A DNA stretch of 63,497 bases, counting the filler, from Licmophora abbreviata (Eukaryota): assembly GCA_900291995.1 (NCBI GenBank). It is 24 parts of 24 records of this genome, joined end to end, with 100 filler letters (N's around TTAATTAATTAA, not from the genome) between each part and the next. Parts side by side here need not be neighbours in the genome. Positions count along the whole stretch, not along the records: positions 19,369 to 22,870 come from OLMU01006087.1; positions 22,971 to 24,032 come from OLMU01006090.1; positions 24,133 to 25,288 come from OLMU01006091.1; positions 25,389 to 27,722 come from OLMU01006092.1; positions 27,823 to 28,882 come from OLMU01006093.1; positions 28,983 to 30,872 come from OLMU01006094.1; positions 30,973 to 33,107 come from OLMU01006097.1; positions 33,208 to 35,108 come from OLMU01006101.1; 16 more parts are not named here. One strand, written 5' to 3'. A program made the translations under genes and the position numbers. Below are positions 21,966 through 34,560 of the stretch, in pieces (position 1 is the first letter of the stretch; every line of letters starts with the position of its first letter). The notes beneath the pieces were generated by a model. It searched no databases. It saw nothing but the letters and a program-made list of their open reading frames with translations, and was not told the origin of the DNA.

Positions 21966-22870
21966 TTAAGTCTGTCCCAGCATTTGAATCTGGTCTAAGA
22001 GAGCTTTCGCTTGCTGCACCGCGTAGGTGTTGCTTTGATCGACTTGAACTGCCTTGTAGAGGAGCTGTCCACGCTGGCTCACATCGCCGGCACAGTACGA
22101 CTTGGCCACCAACAGGTTGCTTTCGTACCTTGCTATCGTTTGCGGCTGATTCCGAGGACCTCCCGCTTGTCGACGTTCTTCCAATACTTCGAACGCTTCC
22201 TCCAGATACAGATTCGCATCGTCGCAACGACTCAAATTATACAAGACCATGGCATACACAAACGTATTGGACGGCCCGTCAACTCGCGCACTCCCAATTG
22301 GCTGTAGGACCTGTTCCGAACGTGAAAATTGTTTCACCAGTGACAGTTCGTACCCATAATTGTACATGGTATGATATGACTTGGGGTTGACTTCGTACGC
22401 AGCATGCCACAGTCGCAGCGAATGACTCCAGGCAAAGTTTCGTTCGTGCAGTCGACGGCAAAAGTAGAGAACCTGTGTCAACAGCAACATGTGGGCCCAC
22501 CAAGATACTCCACTTTTGTCCAGAGCACTCACAAGTGACGACGACGACGCCTTGTACAAGAATCGCTTGACGAGGAGCGCCTCCATCATGCACAGTCCCA
22601 ACAGCGGCAAGTAAATGACACGATCTGCCTTCATCAATCCTACCACCACGAGAAGATTGGAGGAGAGCAGAAATGGACTCATCCCAAAGGCCCAAAATGA
22701 CGTAAGAAGAATGCGTCGCGTTTCTGAATGGATCGCCGACGCCTTGTCTGGAGGTCCGACGAATAGCGAGTACAAGCACGCTCCGACAAACGTCCACAGT
22801 GCCAGCACCGCAAGTATCCGGACGTCCGTCCACGATGTAATAAGGTCAATGCTCTTTCCAGACCAATCGG
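21966..22870 (-). CDS. TMTC-like protein O-mannosyltransferase (TM + TPR), 3' part
   Basis: PFLLSSNLLVVVG...ADRVIYLPLLG, RNFAW....LW..A...NP.S...YNYG, then TPR-like helices. Confidence 0.82.
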
Positions 22871-22970
22871 NNNNNNNNNNNNNNNNNNNNNNNNNNNNNN
22901 NNNNNNNNNNNNNNTTAATTAATTAANNNNNNNNNNNNNNNNNNNNNNNNNNNNNNNNNNNNNNNNNNNN

Positions 22971-23468
22971 ATATGAGAGAAAGTCCCAGGTATCTTTGAT
23001 TTCAGTAGCTTTTACAAGACGCAGTACTTCCTCTCGGGAACAAGGAGCTCCATTTAATTGACAAACTTGAAAGTAGAGCACTGGAACCCTCCAGGTGTCG
23101 CTGTATACAACGGAAAGCTGCCAGTATCGAAACTGCTCGTTGTTCTGTACAAGCGTGACGACCATGTCCGGGTCCACCAAAACTTCTTCTTCCAGTGTGG
23201 CAGTCTCAGTTGCGGTCCGCTGGCAAAGTTGAGGGTCCAACGCCTTCAGCCGCATGGGGGGATGATACAAGTACACGCCACGAAGGTTTCCTGTTTTGGT
23301 AGGATCACCCATCAATTCCCACTGCATAGGGACAGCGGTGCTTTGAACGATCGACTCGCCATCGTCTTCTGTTTTCGGGGATTCCTCGATATCATCCTGA
23401 TTAAGACTCTGAAATGCGTTACATAATTCTACGCATTCACGTACAAACTCCTTTCTGCTAAGACCCAT
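22971..23468 (-). CDS. ATG10: Autophagy E2-like enzyme ATG10, 5' part
   Basis: LSRKEF...C..L N-terminus and VVYSDTWRVPVLYF....NG.P motif. The catalytic HPC segment would lie in the gap. Confidence 0.75.
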
Positions 23469-23752
23469 GGAGCCTTCAAGCGAGACACAGTCAGTCGTCA
23501 CTGCAGTCACACCACACTCATTAGCAAATTTTGCGCGCCAAAACAAACCAAACTCGAGTGTTCTAACGCAAAAAAAGAATTTGAAAGTGTTGCAATTCTC
23601 ACTCCCAACGCTCAAGTTTGAATTTGAATGACGTCAGGCTCCACAAGAGCTCGCCAGATTCCTTCCGAAACGCATCTCGTCCGAACTTCGTGCCTCGTCA
23701 TGGCACTTTTCCAACGGCTCCCTGCATTGTCATTGTGGAATCACCGTTGATC

Positions 23753-25288
23753 ATGTTGTCCTCGATTGTACGACAACGTTGGACAGCGGCTCGCAGTTGG
23801 CGAAATAGCAATGCGTATTGCCACCAGCGGATTTTATTGAGCAGCTTCTCATCGGCGGCACCCGGCGAAGACTCATCGGCGCCGATCGAACATTCACCAC
23901 AGTCCGACAGCAGCACTAACAACAATCTGGATGGACATATCGACGACGACATGGCCACGGAAGGAGAATGGGCTGGCTGCTCGCGTCGCTTCTTGGCTCC
24001 TGTCAAGATTTCTGTTCGCGGAGGAGACATTCNNNNNNNNNNNNNNNNNNNNNNNNNNNNNNNNNNNNNNNNNNNNTTAATTAATTAANNNNNNNNNNNN
24101 NNNNNNNNNNNNNNNNNNNNNNNNNNNNNNNNTTCCTGAACTCACTGAGAGCGGAAGAGAGTAACATTAAGAAGAATGTCATGCTGGAGGATTTGCATGA
24201 TCGGAATGAAACATTGTACCACCGAGTGTTGGTAGATCACATGGAAGAAATGGCACCGTTGATTTACACGCCTACTGTTGGACAGGCCTGTAGCGAATTC
24301 GCAAATAGGTACCGAAGATCTCGCGGCATGTACTTCTCAGAGGTAAGGAATGGTATTGCAGGGGACGAGAGGGCATATTCATCCGTAAGCGTGTCTCACA
24401 ATGTATACTCGCTACTCCAGGAAGATCGAGGTCAGATGGCGGCAATGGTGTACAACTGGCCGCACAAGGATGTTCACATCATTGTAGTGACAGATGGATC
24501 ACGTATCCTCGGCCTCGGCGATCTTGGTGCAAACGGTATGGGAATTCCTATTGGAAAGCTGTCGCTCTACTGTGCGGCAGGCGGGATTGCACCCCATCGT
24601 GTACTACCGGTTGTGTTGGACGTCGGAACAGACAACGAGGTGCTTCTCAATGACAAATTCTATCTTGGAGTTCAGAAGACGCGTCTTCAAGGTGAAGAGT
24701 ACTATCGACTTGTAGATGAGTTCATGCAGGCGGTGCGATACCGATGGCCTCGTGTTCTGGTACAGTTTGAGGACTTTTCGAGTGACAAAGCGCAGGTGCG
24801 TAAACATAGTGCGACAGAAACTGTGGAGAGACGACAAAGAGCTGCACTGACGACAAGTCCGATCGTCTCTCTTCTTATCGTCCTGTCCCTAGATTCTCTT
24901 GAACAATTATCGTCACGATCACCTATGCTTTAATGACGATATCCAGGGAACCGGTGCGACGACACTAGCTGGACTGCTGGGCGCGCTCCGTGCCAAGGGA
25001 GAAGATGTCAAAGCTCTGGGAGACCAGAGAATATTGATTGCTGGCGCAGGGAGCGCTGGTATTGGAGTAGCCCAGGTGTTAAAGGAGGCCATGCTGGAAC
25101 AGGGGAGGACTGAAGAAGAGGCGTCGAAAGCATTCTTTGTCGTCGATCAGAATGGGTGAGTTGCAGGTTCGCACCAGCGCAAGCCTACAGTTGCGGTGCC
25201 CTCTAACAGTTACGTGTTTGTGTATAACGTTGCTACCACTGTTCATAGTTTGCTTGGGAAGGAACGCTTGCACGAGCTTTCGCCGGAG
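23753..25288 (+). CDS. NAD(P)-dependent malic enzyme, mitochondrial-type presequence (partial)
   Basis: PLIYTPTVGQAC, VTDGSRILGLGDLG, GIPIGKL.LY, VQFEDF, FNDDIQGT, GAGSAGIG. Introns 24343-24420 and 24796-24892. Arg/Ser-rich N-terminus. Confidence 0.93.
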
Positions 25289-25657
25289 NNNNNNNNNNNN
25301 NNNNNNNNNNNNNNNNNNNNNNNNNNNNNNNNTTAATTAATTAANNNNNNNNNNNNNNNNNNNNNNNNNNNNNNNNNNNNNNNNNNNNCCTCACTTTTCG
25401 CTCGACCCATCCTGGTATCGGGTCATGAGACAAGAAAACGAGCTCCCGACAACGACCTCGAATTGTCGAGCCATCTGTTCATGAAGCATGAGCCATTCTC
25501 CATAAGTAAGTCGGAAGCCGAGATGTCTTGTTGTAGTCTCAAAAATAACAATAGAATATGATCACGTCATTCCTGACATTTCTGTGGGCAAAGACACCAA
25601 TCAAAATCGAATCGAAAGTTTGTTCTTTGGATCACCTTCCATCACATTACGACGACG

Positions 25658-26592
25658 ATGATGAAGTCGCTGCTGCTTGTCGTTGCTCTTGGCGCCTCGG
25701 GCGCCTCCGCGTTCAGCCCTTCGACCATGAAGGCTCGAACGTCGACGAGCCTGTCGATGGCGGCCACGGGCATGCCTGGCGGCCAGAACGAGGACAGCTA
25801 CCTCAAAAAAACCCTGTACCATCCCAAGCCAACGACGCCCGAACCAGTCCGCGACGTCAGCTGGGTGCAGAAGAAGACTCTCCCCAACGTCGTTCTTGAT
25901 CCTAACTACTTCTTGACGGCGGGACTCGTCATAACCGGTGCCATCATCCCTTGGTATCATCCCTGTAAGTGAAGTGGCCAATCGTGTAGGCCGTGTACAT
26001 GCGTTCTGCATTTGTCCGAGATGAGCGATCCAACCCACGCTTGTGCGTACTCGCACCGTCCTCACATTTCGAGCAGCGTTCTCACCTATCATCGTCGCTC
26101 TCTCCCCTAGCCTATACTCTTGACGGAACGCCTTCGCTCATTGGAATTTTCGGCGGAGGCTTCCACCTCCTATTTGCCGCACTCTTGTATGTGCAAACAT
26201 CGCGCGTTCGTTGTGTCTTTGAAAAGGACTCCTTTGAGTTCTACAACATTGAAGGTCCTGGTTTGGATCTCAACAAGGGTGCCAAGCTGGTCAGGAAGCC
26301 GGATAACTATGTGAGCGGTACGAGGAACCGTTGGAAGTACGACACGATCATCAACTATGGCTTCTTTCCCTCGCTCGAGTTCCCGGTCATTTGTTACTTC
26401 AAGGAAACCGAAACTCCCAAGGAGCAGTGGGACAAGCGGTTTGCCGGGTTTGACTCCTATGGACGTGGACAACCGCATTTCTTCCCTGGTATCTGCAATG
26501 TGCACCAGTTTAAGGAGGAGATGGAGAAGCGCGGTGTCAAGAGGAAGCCGATTCCCACTTTCAAGTCCAAGAACGACAGCAGCAAGGTCTGA
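25658..26592 (+). CDS. Plastid-targeted DUF3119-like membrane protein
   Basis: Exons 25658-25964 and 26111-26592. Signal peptide + ASAFSP; QT.RVR.VF, NRWKY..I.NY.FFP..FPV..YFKET, GQ.HFFP. Confidence 0.75.
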
Positions 26593-26778
26593 AGCATAAC
26601 TGCGACACAAGAGCGTACATCCTGTATACGAATGGATTGGATGGGTGTCTATCATGGTGATCCTGATCAAGGATAGAGACCCAAGGGACGTGAGCAGCAA
26701 AGGGACTATTATTATAGAAATACGAAGCCACTAAGGTAGAGCACAATATCACGTCGGAGGTACCATCTGTTATGATTT

Positions 26779-27722
26779 TCAGTTTTTCTTCTTGAGACTC
26801 TCCAAGTACGTACTTATTTGATGCTGCACGATATCAGTCTTCACAAACGACAAGAACATGTCGGCGTCTTCCTGTCGGTTGGCTACGAGATGATCGAGGT
26901 GCTTCTTCCGAGTCAACATCTTGCTGGCAAACCGGGCCTGGGCGGGGATTTTCGCCCACGTGACCGCCTCCGTTTGAGCTCGGCGGACGACTTGGTCTTT
27001 TGGAACGACTTCATCAATCATGCCAATTTCCAATGCTTCCACTGGAGTGTACAAACGTCCCAGCGCCATGGCCTTTTCCGCCTCTCGTTGTCCGATAGTG
27101 TTGACCATGAGCTCGCCAAGCCACGGCGGCGCAACGATACCGAGTCTAGATTCGTTGAGCCCAATCGTTGGTGTCGCCCTTTCGTCCGGAGCAGCCATGA
27201 TGCGATAGTCACATGCCAAGGCAAGCATACAACCTGCGGCAGGAGCATGTCCTTCCATGGCTGCAATACATGCAAGGCGGGATCCATACAAGTCCAAATA
27301 TAGCTGCTGAAATGAGCTCCAAAATGCCGACACACGTTCACTCTTGGGGTTGTGCATTTCCAGGATATCCAAACCCGCCGAAAAAACCGATGGGAGAGAC
27401 GACGCGAGCACCATACTCTTGATCTCTGGGCCTGAGGCTTCGATTTGTTTGATGGACGTGGAGATGGCTTGGAACCTGATGAGCATACAGCAAAAGAAAC
27501 GAGATGTCAGATGAGCTCCGTGCGATACTCTACCACACCTAATTGAAGTCTCCCACGAAACCTACATCTCCAGCGAAAGAGAGTTGACTGGAGGGCGATT
27601 CATAGTCAGCGTGGCGACACCGGTGTCCTTGTCGATGCTCGTCACAACCAGATCTTTGGACTCAGTTGAAAAGGCAGCGACTCGTCGCGACGGGGGTTCC
27701 GTTCGAAGACGCCGTGGCAGTC
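26779..27722 (-). CDS. ECI1: Mitochondrial enoyl-CoA delta isomerase (crotonase family), 5' end in gap
   Basis: ATLTMNRPPVNSLSLEM|FQ across an intron, FSAGLDI.EM, GHAPAAGC.LALACDYRIM, IGLNE.RLG. Confidence 0.88.
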
Positions 27723-27822
27723 NNNNNNNNNNNNNNNNNNNNNNNNNNNNNNNNNNNNNNNNNNNNTTAATTAATTAANNNNNNNNNNNNNNNNNNNNNN
27801 NNNNNNNNNNNNNNNNNNNNNN

Positions 27823-27927
27823 CTTGAGTCTGCTCAGGACATCCCAGACAATATACATTCCTAGAAGGATGCGTAGGGCCGCCAAAGACCGGAGATCAAG
27901 CGAACGTCGCAGGAGCATGCTGGACAT
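27823..27927 (-). CDS. N-terminal fragment of an HTTM-domain-like membrane protein
   Basis: LDLRSLAALRILLG...WD..SR resembles the start of HTTM-family proteins. Only ~35 codons are visible before the gap. Confidence 0.5.
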
Positions 27928-28190
27928 GGCATCAACTTCTGATGTCTTCTCGGGTCTCGTCTTCAAGAAAGGATTTCGCGCCTCGTCGGCTTCTCTTTCG
28001 CGATTCGCGATCTTTGTTGACGGGAGGCGGCCAGAGCGACAGATCGACACCACTCGTGTTCTTCGGTGTTCCTGACGGCCAAGACAAATCTTTTTCCATT
28101 ATTCGTCCCGTCGACCATCATCACAACACACACTCCTCGCAGGCTGCAAGGGATCAGCAATCTTCAGCAAACTTCCATTCGCCCACCTCC

Positions 28191-29224
28191 ATGTCTCCTG
28201 TGACCAAAGTTCTCATCACTGGCGCCAATGTCGGCCTTGGATTCGATTGCGCTAGGCAGCTTGCGCTCGTGGAAGGCGTGGAAAAGGTAATTCTGGGATG
28301 CCGCAACCCCACCAAAGCTCAAGCTGCCAAGGAGAAATTGGAGGAACTCACCGGCAAAAAGGATGTCTTTGAAGTCTTGGTCGTTGACGTTTCCAATCTA
28401 GAAAGTGTTCGCAAGGCTGTAAGTGAACTGAAGGAGCCGATTGATGGACTCGTTCTCAATGCCGGCGGTCCGGGTGGGGAGGATCCGGGCGAGATTACTG
28501 AGTACGGCGTACCGGCCATTTTTGCTGTGAACGTACTCGGGAGCGTTCTGATGGTTGACCTTCTGTTGGAGCAGAAGAAGCTCACGGAATCTGTAGTCTA
28601 CGTGTCAACGGAAGCAGCTCGCGGAGTTCCGGAGATGGGGTTTCAAGTCCCCACCCTAGAGACGGGATCTGTTGAAGAGATGACGTCGGTGTGCGATGGT
28701 TCTTTCTTCAAGGACTACGACGACGCCTTTCGAGCCATGTATGGTCACGTCAAACTTCTGGGTTCTCTCTGGATCTCGAGCATGGCACGTAAAGTTCCTA
28801 CCGTGCGCTTCCTTAGCGTTAGTCCCGGAGGTACGACGGGCACGGCCTTCGCGAGCGACATGCCCAGAATTCAGAGAATTATNNNNNNNNNNNNNNNNNN
28901 NNNNNNNNNNNNNNNNNNNNNNNNNNTTAATTAATTAANNNNNNNNNNNNNNNNNNNNNNNNNNNNNNNNNNNNNNNNNNNNTTATTTTTACCTTCATCA
29001 TGCCGCTCATGCAGTTCTTTGGTAAAATGCATTCACTCGAGGTTGATGCAAAACGATACGTCGATGTCTTGGTAGAGGACGACACATACAAGAGCGGTGT
29101 CTTTTACGCCTCGCGCAAAGGAATGTCCGGCGAAATGGCGGACCAGGTCGAACACATCGATATTCTCGGCAAGGAGGACTATCAAGACAATGCCTCTATT
29201 GCGATCCACAAGTTTCTCAAATAG
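28191..29224 (+). CDS. Short-chain dehydrogenase/reductase
   Basis: VLITGANVGLG, ILGCRN, VLNAGG, YGHVK (YxxxK), VSPG.T. The flanks of linker 28883-28982 join in frame through a TTAT overlap (QRIIFTFIMPLM). Confidence 0.9.
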
Positions 29225-29447
29225 CTCCCATCGGAAACGAGTGACCGATGCTTGCAAACTTGCGGTTGATAATCATGCGGAATGCAAGTACTCTTCCGTT
29301 TCTGTCTATCAATCCCAACGAGGCACCTCAGACCACAGTTTGCCAGTTCGACGAATCAATCAATTTCTTTAGCACTAAGCCCCTTCTCCCTAGTATTGTG
29401 TGTTATGTGTATACGAATGACTCCTTTTCACTTCTCCCGGACCTGTG

Positions 29448-30872
29448 CTAAAGCTCGTCGTCAGCTCGGGGGTCCCAACCGCCTTGCGGGACAAGCACAC
29501 CAAGTCGCCGCGCAACAATCTTCGCAACGGATTTAGCACCGATTGTACTATACCCCACCCCTGTAGATGACGATTCAATGGAATTCGGATAGTAGAGTGC
29601 ACCACCAAGCGTCCCCTCATCGAGTCCCGTCGCACTATCATACAGAAGATATGGCAAAGTGATGTCGTTGCCATGGTAAACAGGGGCTGCACCTCCATTG
29701 GGTCCACCCCAAACCTTGACATACTCTACGACAACATGCCCCCCAAACAGCTCACGTAGTACCCCGTGGCTCAGTGGATCGCTGCTTAGCACCTTGTAGA
29801 CTTTGTCGACGGAAAGCTGCTCGATCACCGTAATATTGCGCTCTTTTGCTTTGCCGCGATCTGGTTGCAGAGTGGCGTTCGATGCGATAGTTGAAACGAC
29901 TTGTGCGTAAGGTCGAGCCAGTACTTGTGGGAGGTGTTCTGGAAAGACTTCATTTGCGCCGAGTGCCGCACCGTCCGCTGGGTCGATACGGCCGCCGAGT
30001 GGCATGTCGTGCAAGATGGAACCGTCCTTGTCGCTCCTGACAAAGAAGGAAATGCGAGAGAGCTGTATTGGTGCTGCAAGAATCACAACATCAAATGCTC
30101 CAAGACTCTTGGAATCAGAATCAAAGACATGTACTCCATCAACATCTCCAACAAGAGTCGCAACTCGTTTCGAAGTATGGCGTATCTTGTGGCCATCGCG
30201 ACAAAGCTTTTGCCGATTCGTTCGTGCTTGCCAAAAAGCCGACCGTATCAGTTTGCGATTGCCGCCCACAACACGAAGTGCATCGGCGTGCGATGAAAGG
30301 AGCGCGCTAAGACCTGCTAGACCTGCGTAGCATCACATGTGAGCATCAGGGACGAGACTTGCCATTCGCATCCAGTCCGATTCACACCTCTCAAGCAAAC
30401 GTACCGTTCAATGTCGAGCTCTCCTGGTTGTAGATGGTGAGAGTCAGCCCCGTCAGCAGTTCCGCGCGGATGGAGCCTTGGTAAGGGAGATACCCCCTCC
30501 ACCACGAGAGATCATCGGAAAGTCCAATCGCATCAAGGAACTCGTCAAGAGTCATATGGGTTGGCTTTTGTAGCCCAGCGGCTTCCCACATGTCATCTGC
30601 AGATTCGAAAAAGGTCGAAGGGTCCGTGTGGTCGAGCCACTCGTGAATCAATCGCAAGGACAGCTGTAGCTTTTGAGTTGCTCTAGACAAGATCCAAAGA
30701 TCTACATTGTATCGGTAATAAAACTTGAGCTTGCTCCACATCGTGGATCCTTTCGTCCTCGTAGTCGCAAGGATACGAAACCCCTCGTCGGCCGCCATTT
30801 GGCCCACTATATCCATCGGGTACGAGGCAGTTTCCATCTCCAATGTGGAATCGCCATGAATCATGTCCATGA
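29448..30872 (-). CDS. Prenylcysteine oxidase/lyase-like flavoprotein, ER-retained (partial)
   Basis: IYNQ....NG|LAGL across an intron, VVGGNRKLI, FDVVILAAP, YKVLSS.PL, LYYPNSIE...S..GAKSVAKIV; C-terminal DDEL. Confidence 0.75.
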
Positions 30873-30972
30873 NNNNNNNNNNNNNNNNNNNNNNNNNNNN
30901 NNNNNNNNNNNNNNNNTTAATTAATTAANNNNNNNNNNNNNNNNNNNNNNNNNNNNNNNNNNNNNNNNNNNN

Positions 30973-31525
30973 GGTTGTTCCAAGTATTTCGATAGTCTGA
31001 ATTGACAAAGGGCGCAAAGATTCGCAATTTCTTGTTTCGAATCATGACAAAGATGCCGCATTTCATGTGATAGAAAAGATACTTGAGCGTGTTGATGGTC
31101 GACTGGGGGTTCGTACAGGAATGAATCGGTAGATTGAGTCGAAACTGAATTTCTGTGACAACATCGGATGCATCGGGCCGCTCATAGATGTTCTTGTTAT
31201 CGTCGCTGGGCTTGTCGAGATAATCTCTTGGTACGGCATTCGCAAACGACTGCTCTTTCCGCGCCTTTTCCAGATTGGGAAGTAAGATTCCTTCAATCTG
31301 ATCCCATGTTGTCAAAAGCGTGAAGATGTGCATCAGGTTTGGATTTTCAGGATTCGACCCACCATGATACTTGTTGTACTCCACCATAAAGTCGAGACAC
31401 TCTTGCTTGGACTCGAAACGAGGAACCCCATTTGGAAAGCGACTGACGGCATCCATCCAGTTGAGCGAGTCCCCTTTCGAGCCGAATAAGCCCCGGATTT
31501 CAGGCGGGGCTTTCGCTCGAGACAT
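30973..31525 (-). CDS. Putative GT90/CAP10-like glycosyltransferase, N-terminal part
   Basis: NTLKYLFYHMKCGIFVMIRNKKLRIFAPFVNSDYRNTW resembles the N-terminal block of GT90-like proteins, from recall only. The catalytic part is in the gap. Confidence 0.45.
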
Positions 31526-31855
31526 GACGGCTATAAGATGTGCAATACAAGCAGTGAAAGTTTGGAAGCGAGGCCTCTATCTACCGATCGTCGTCACCAG
31601 CGCGGCTCGTGTGTTCATCCATCATGGTGAGTGTGTGCTGATTCGTCATGACGCGACGAGCGCGAGCTAAATTCTGTCGATATCTTTGCTTGAGAGCGGG
31701 ACGATGTGGCTAATGGGAAAAGAGGAGGTAGGGTCTATTCCTAGTCTAGAGAGACATGCTTCATTCTCCGAAAGTTGATTTCTATAGATGAGAATCTCTA
31801 GTGCATATAGTTGCAGACGGCTCACCTGTGTCCGGTGGCTTCGACATGTCGAAAC

Positions 31856-33107
31856 CTATAGCGTGAGGAAGCCACGCGCTGCAACGCGGAAGGCAGTCAG
31901 TTTCTGAGTGAAGCGATCTCTGTTCGTATTTTCAAGACTGTTCTTGACACCATCGAGAAGCTTGTTCAGTGCCTCCGAAAGCTTAGCTTGGTTCTCTGGC
32001 GTCTGTGTACTCAACAAGTGATTCTTGTAAGCCGTGAAGCTCGATTCGCTTGAAAGCATCAAGCTGAGCATCGGTCTCATGACGGCCCAGTGGTTTTGAG
32101 GAGGACCGAAAAGCAACAGCGTGAACAGAGTTGCCGTCAAGCTGGAAAAGAGGTCGGGTTGCGCGCTCAGATGCTGCCGTCGCAAGAAGTTACGATGTTA
32201 GATTCCGGTTATAATGCATCGCTTCACTGTCCCGTCACAACGACTCGTCTCTTACCTTGCTCAGATTATGAACTTCCGGTTTGTCCTTGCCCTTGAACTC
32301 AAAGTAGAACGTTGCAAGATGATCGACTGTGTTCGCACAAAGAGAACTCATGGTAGCGTCGCTAGACTGCAGGCCCTCGTGCACTGCGGTCATGAGCTGT
32401 ATGAAAACGTTCGTGTTCACGGCCATGGCCGTCTTCAGGTGCGAGCGAAATAGAATCTCGATGAAGCCGTAGAACGCCTTGCTGAGCTTTGGGAATGCAA
32501 TGACGTCTTCGAGCGGCACGGTAAGTGCCATCTGAAGTGTAACATCGAGGGCGCTTTCTAAACAGGGATCATTATAGAGAGCGAATACACCGAAGCAAAC
32601 GTAGTTTCCCCCAAGCGCAGAGTTCAAAACATTCATGGCCAGTGCCATTGGCTTGTAGCGCCGTTTGTAGAGCTCAAGATCGTTCCCAGTTGGGCGAGGA
32701 CCGGCAAGCAGTCTCCGTCCGAACGCACACACAACATCGCTTGTTGTCCGAAAGAGAAGAATTCCGTTGGCGCTGCTCTGGTCAAAGTTGACGCGGTTGG
32801 CCTTGTTGTGGCAGAACTCATGCAAGAACCGCATCACACTTATCGTCACGTCGGGTTGGTCATACCACACATCCACAATCTTAGCAAGCAACGAAAGATA
32901 CTGTGGGTGCAGAACATCAAAGAGTAGCCCGTACGTCTTCCGATTGTGAAGGCTGGCAGCAATGCCTCGAAGGTCGCGAAATACCCCAATGATTGGTCGA
33001 CGGCAGTTCTCGTTTCGCAGATCGGACGGCGACAAGCTTCCAAGTTGTGCAAGTGCTGTGACGATCGGTTCCAGAAACTGCTCAAAGGTTATGCCCAACT
33101 TGTCCGT
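31856..33107 (-). CDS. XPO7: Exportin-7 (RanBP16/17), C-terminal part
   Basis: G.FRDLRGIA, EFCHNKANRVNFDQSSANGILLFR, LGGNYVCFGVF.LY.D, NHWAVMRPMLSL, NRDRFTQ.L. Intron 32255-32174. Confidence 0.92.
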
Positions 33108-33855
33108 NNNNNNNNNNNNNNNNNNNNNNNNNNNNNNNNNNNNNNNNNNNNTTAATTAATTAANNNNNNNNNNNNNNNNNNNNNNNNNNNNNNNNNNNNN
33201 NNNNNNNACAGCGAGGAGGAGGACGACGCGGGGACGGTGGCTGGAACTGGTTTCACTGTTTTTCTGGACTTTCCAGTTCACTGACACGTCGATAGAGAGC
33301 AAAGAGTCGAGCACGATCAACGGTCCAGCGCGAGAAGCAAGAGAAGGTCACAGAGGTGCACCTGTGGTTGGCCTTTCGTCACCGCCGCTTGAAGACGGGA
33401 TCAATGATCTCAATGCTGCACCATCGCTACACTTCGCCACCTCGACGCCGCGGGTCCGGGCCGCGGGATGAGGGCCAGACTACGTAGGTTTTACAATGGT
33501 AGTTAAAAGCGCACTACGGCCAGACGGGGCTCTACCATGAATAAGATCACAGACACAGACAGGGATTCTGACATTACGACTGGCCACTGATCTCGTTCTA
33601 TCTTCACTGCTACTGAAACACTGACACGCGTGTGTACTTTGAACTCTATTCCGCGGTCACAACACTATCTCATATCTATGCTGCTGCTGGAGCAAGGCGG
33701 GTGCTGCATATTAAATGATCGAATTATCGAATATAAGATCAATTGATCAGCACTTCTGTTCACAACCCAAAGGCAGGCCGACACGAAAACGGCGAAGTAT
33801 TGAATTTGTTACTGTCCAAGAACGCGATCACACCAGTAACACAGACGCGCCGCTT

Positions 33856-34560
33856 CTACTCCTCCATGCCGAAGGCCTTCATAACGTCCTTCCACGTCTC
33901 TCTTGTCATTCCATCTGGAGTGTAAAAGCAGTGCACTCCAAGCTTTGATACGCACTGAATGTTCCAGAACTCGTTATCAAAGAATGCCATTTCATTGTAT
34001 GGTATCCCCGTTTGCCTGTGGAGTCGCCCAAAGTGGTGCGTCTTGTCGTGATAGCAATCGATTTCCACCAGATCTCCGAAGCACGTTTTCAGAGTCGTAC
34101 CGTCATGAACAACGAGGTGCTTCATGCAAGTATTTGCCCAAGATTCTTCGTCGGTACGCGATGCCGCAGCCGACCGGATTTCGTATCCTTCTTTCCCAAG
34201 TCGATTGATCTCGGAAATTGCGTATGCCCTACGAAAAAGTGAAGATGCGTGATGATGAAATGAATTCACAAGGGTAGTACGATGTTTACTTGGCGCCGTG
34301 CACAACACTTACGCGCCGTCAAACACAGTAATGGGCGTGTCGCCGCGATCGACGAGAATCATGCCATCTTGGGCTGTCAGAGCTTCCTTGAGAATTGAAG
34401 GTGACCACTTGTCCGATGATTTTACTTTCGTCAGCTTCGGTGGACCCCAAAGCTGGTACATCTCTGGCTGCCAAACGGTGTAGTCCAAGTCGAACACCGC
34501 GAGTCGAAGCGTCGTCTTTGGCGGAGCAGCGGCAGACTCTTCGCTAGGGCACTTGGTCAT
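33856..34560 (-). CDS. MDP1: Magnesium-dependent phosphatase 1 (HAD family)
   Basis: VFDLDYTVW, AASRT, KT.HF..L...TGIPY.EM.FFDNE..NI..VSKLGV. Intron 34312-34229. Confidence 0.9.
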
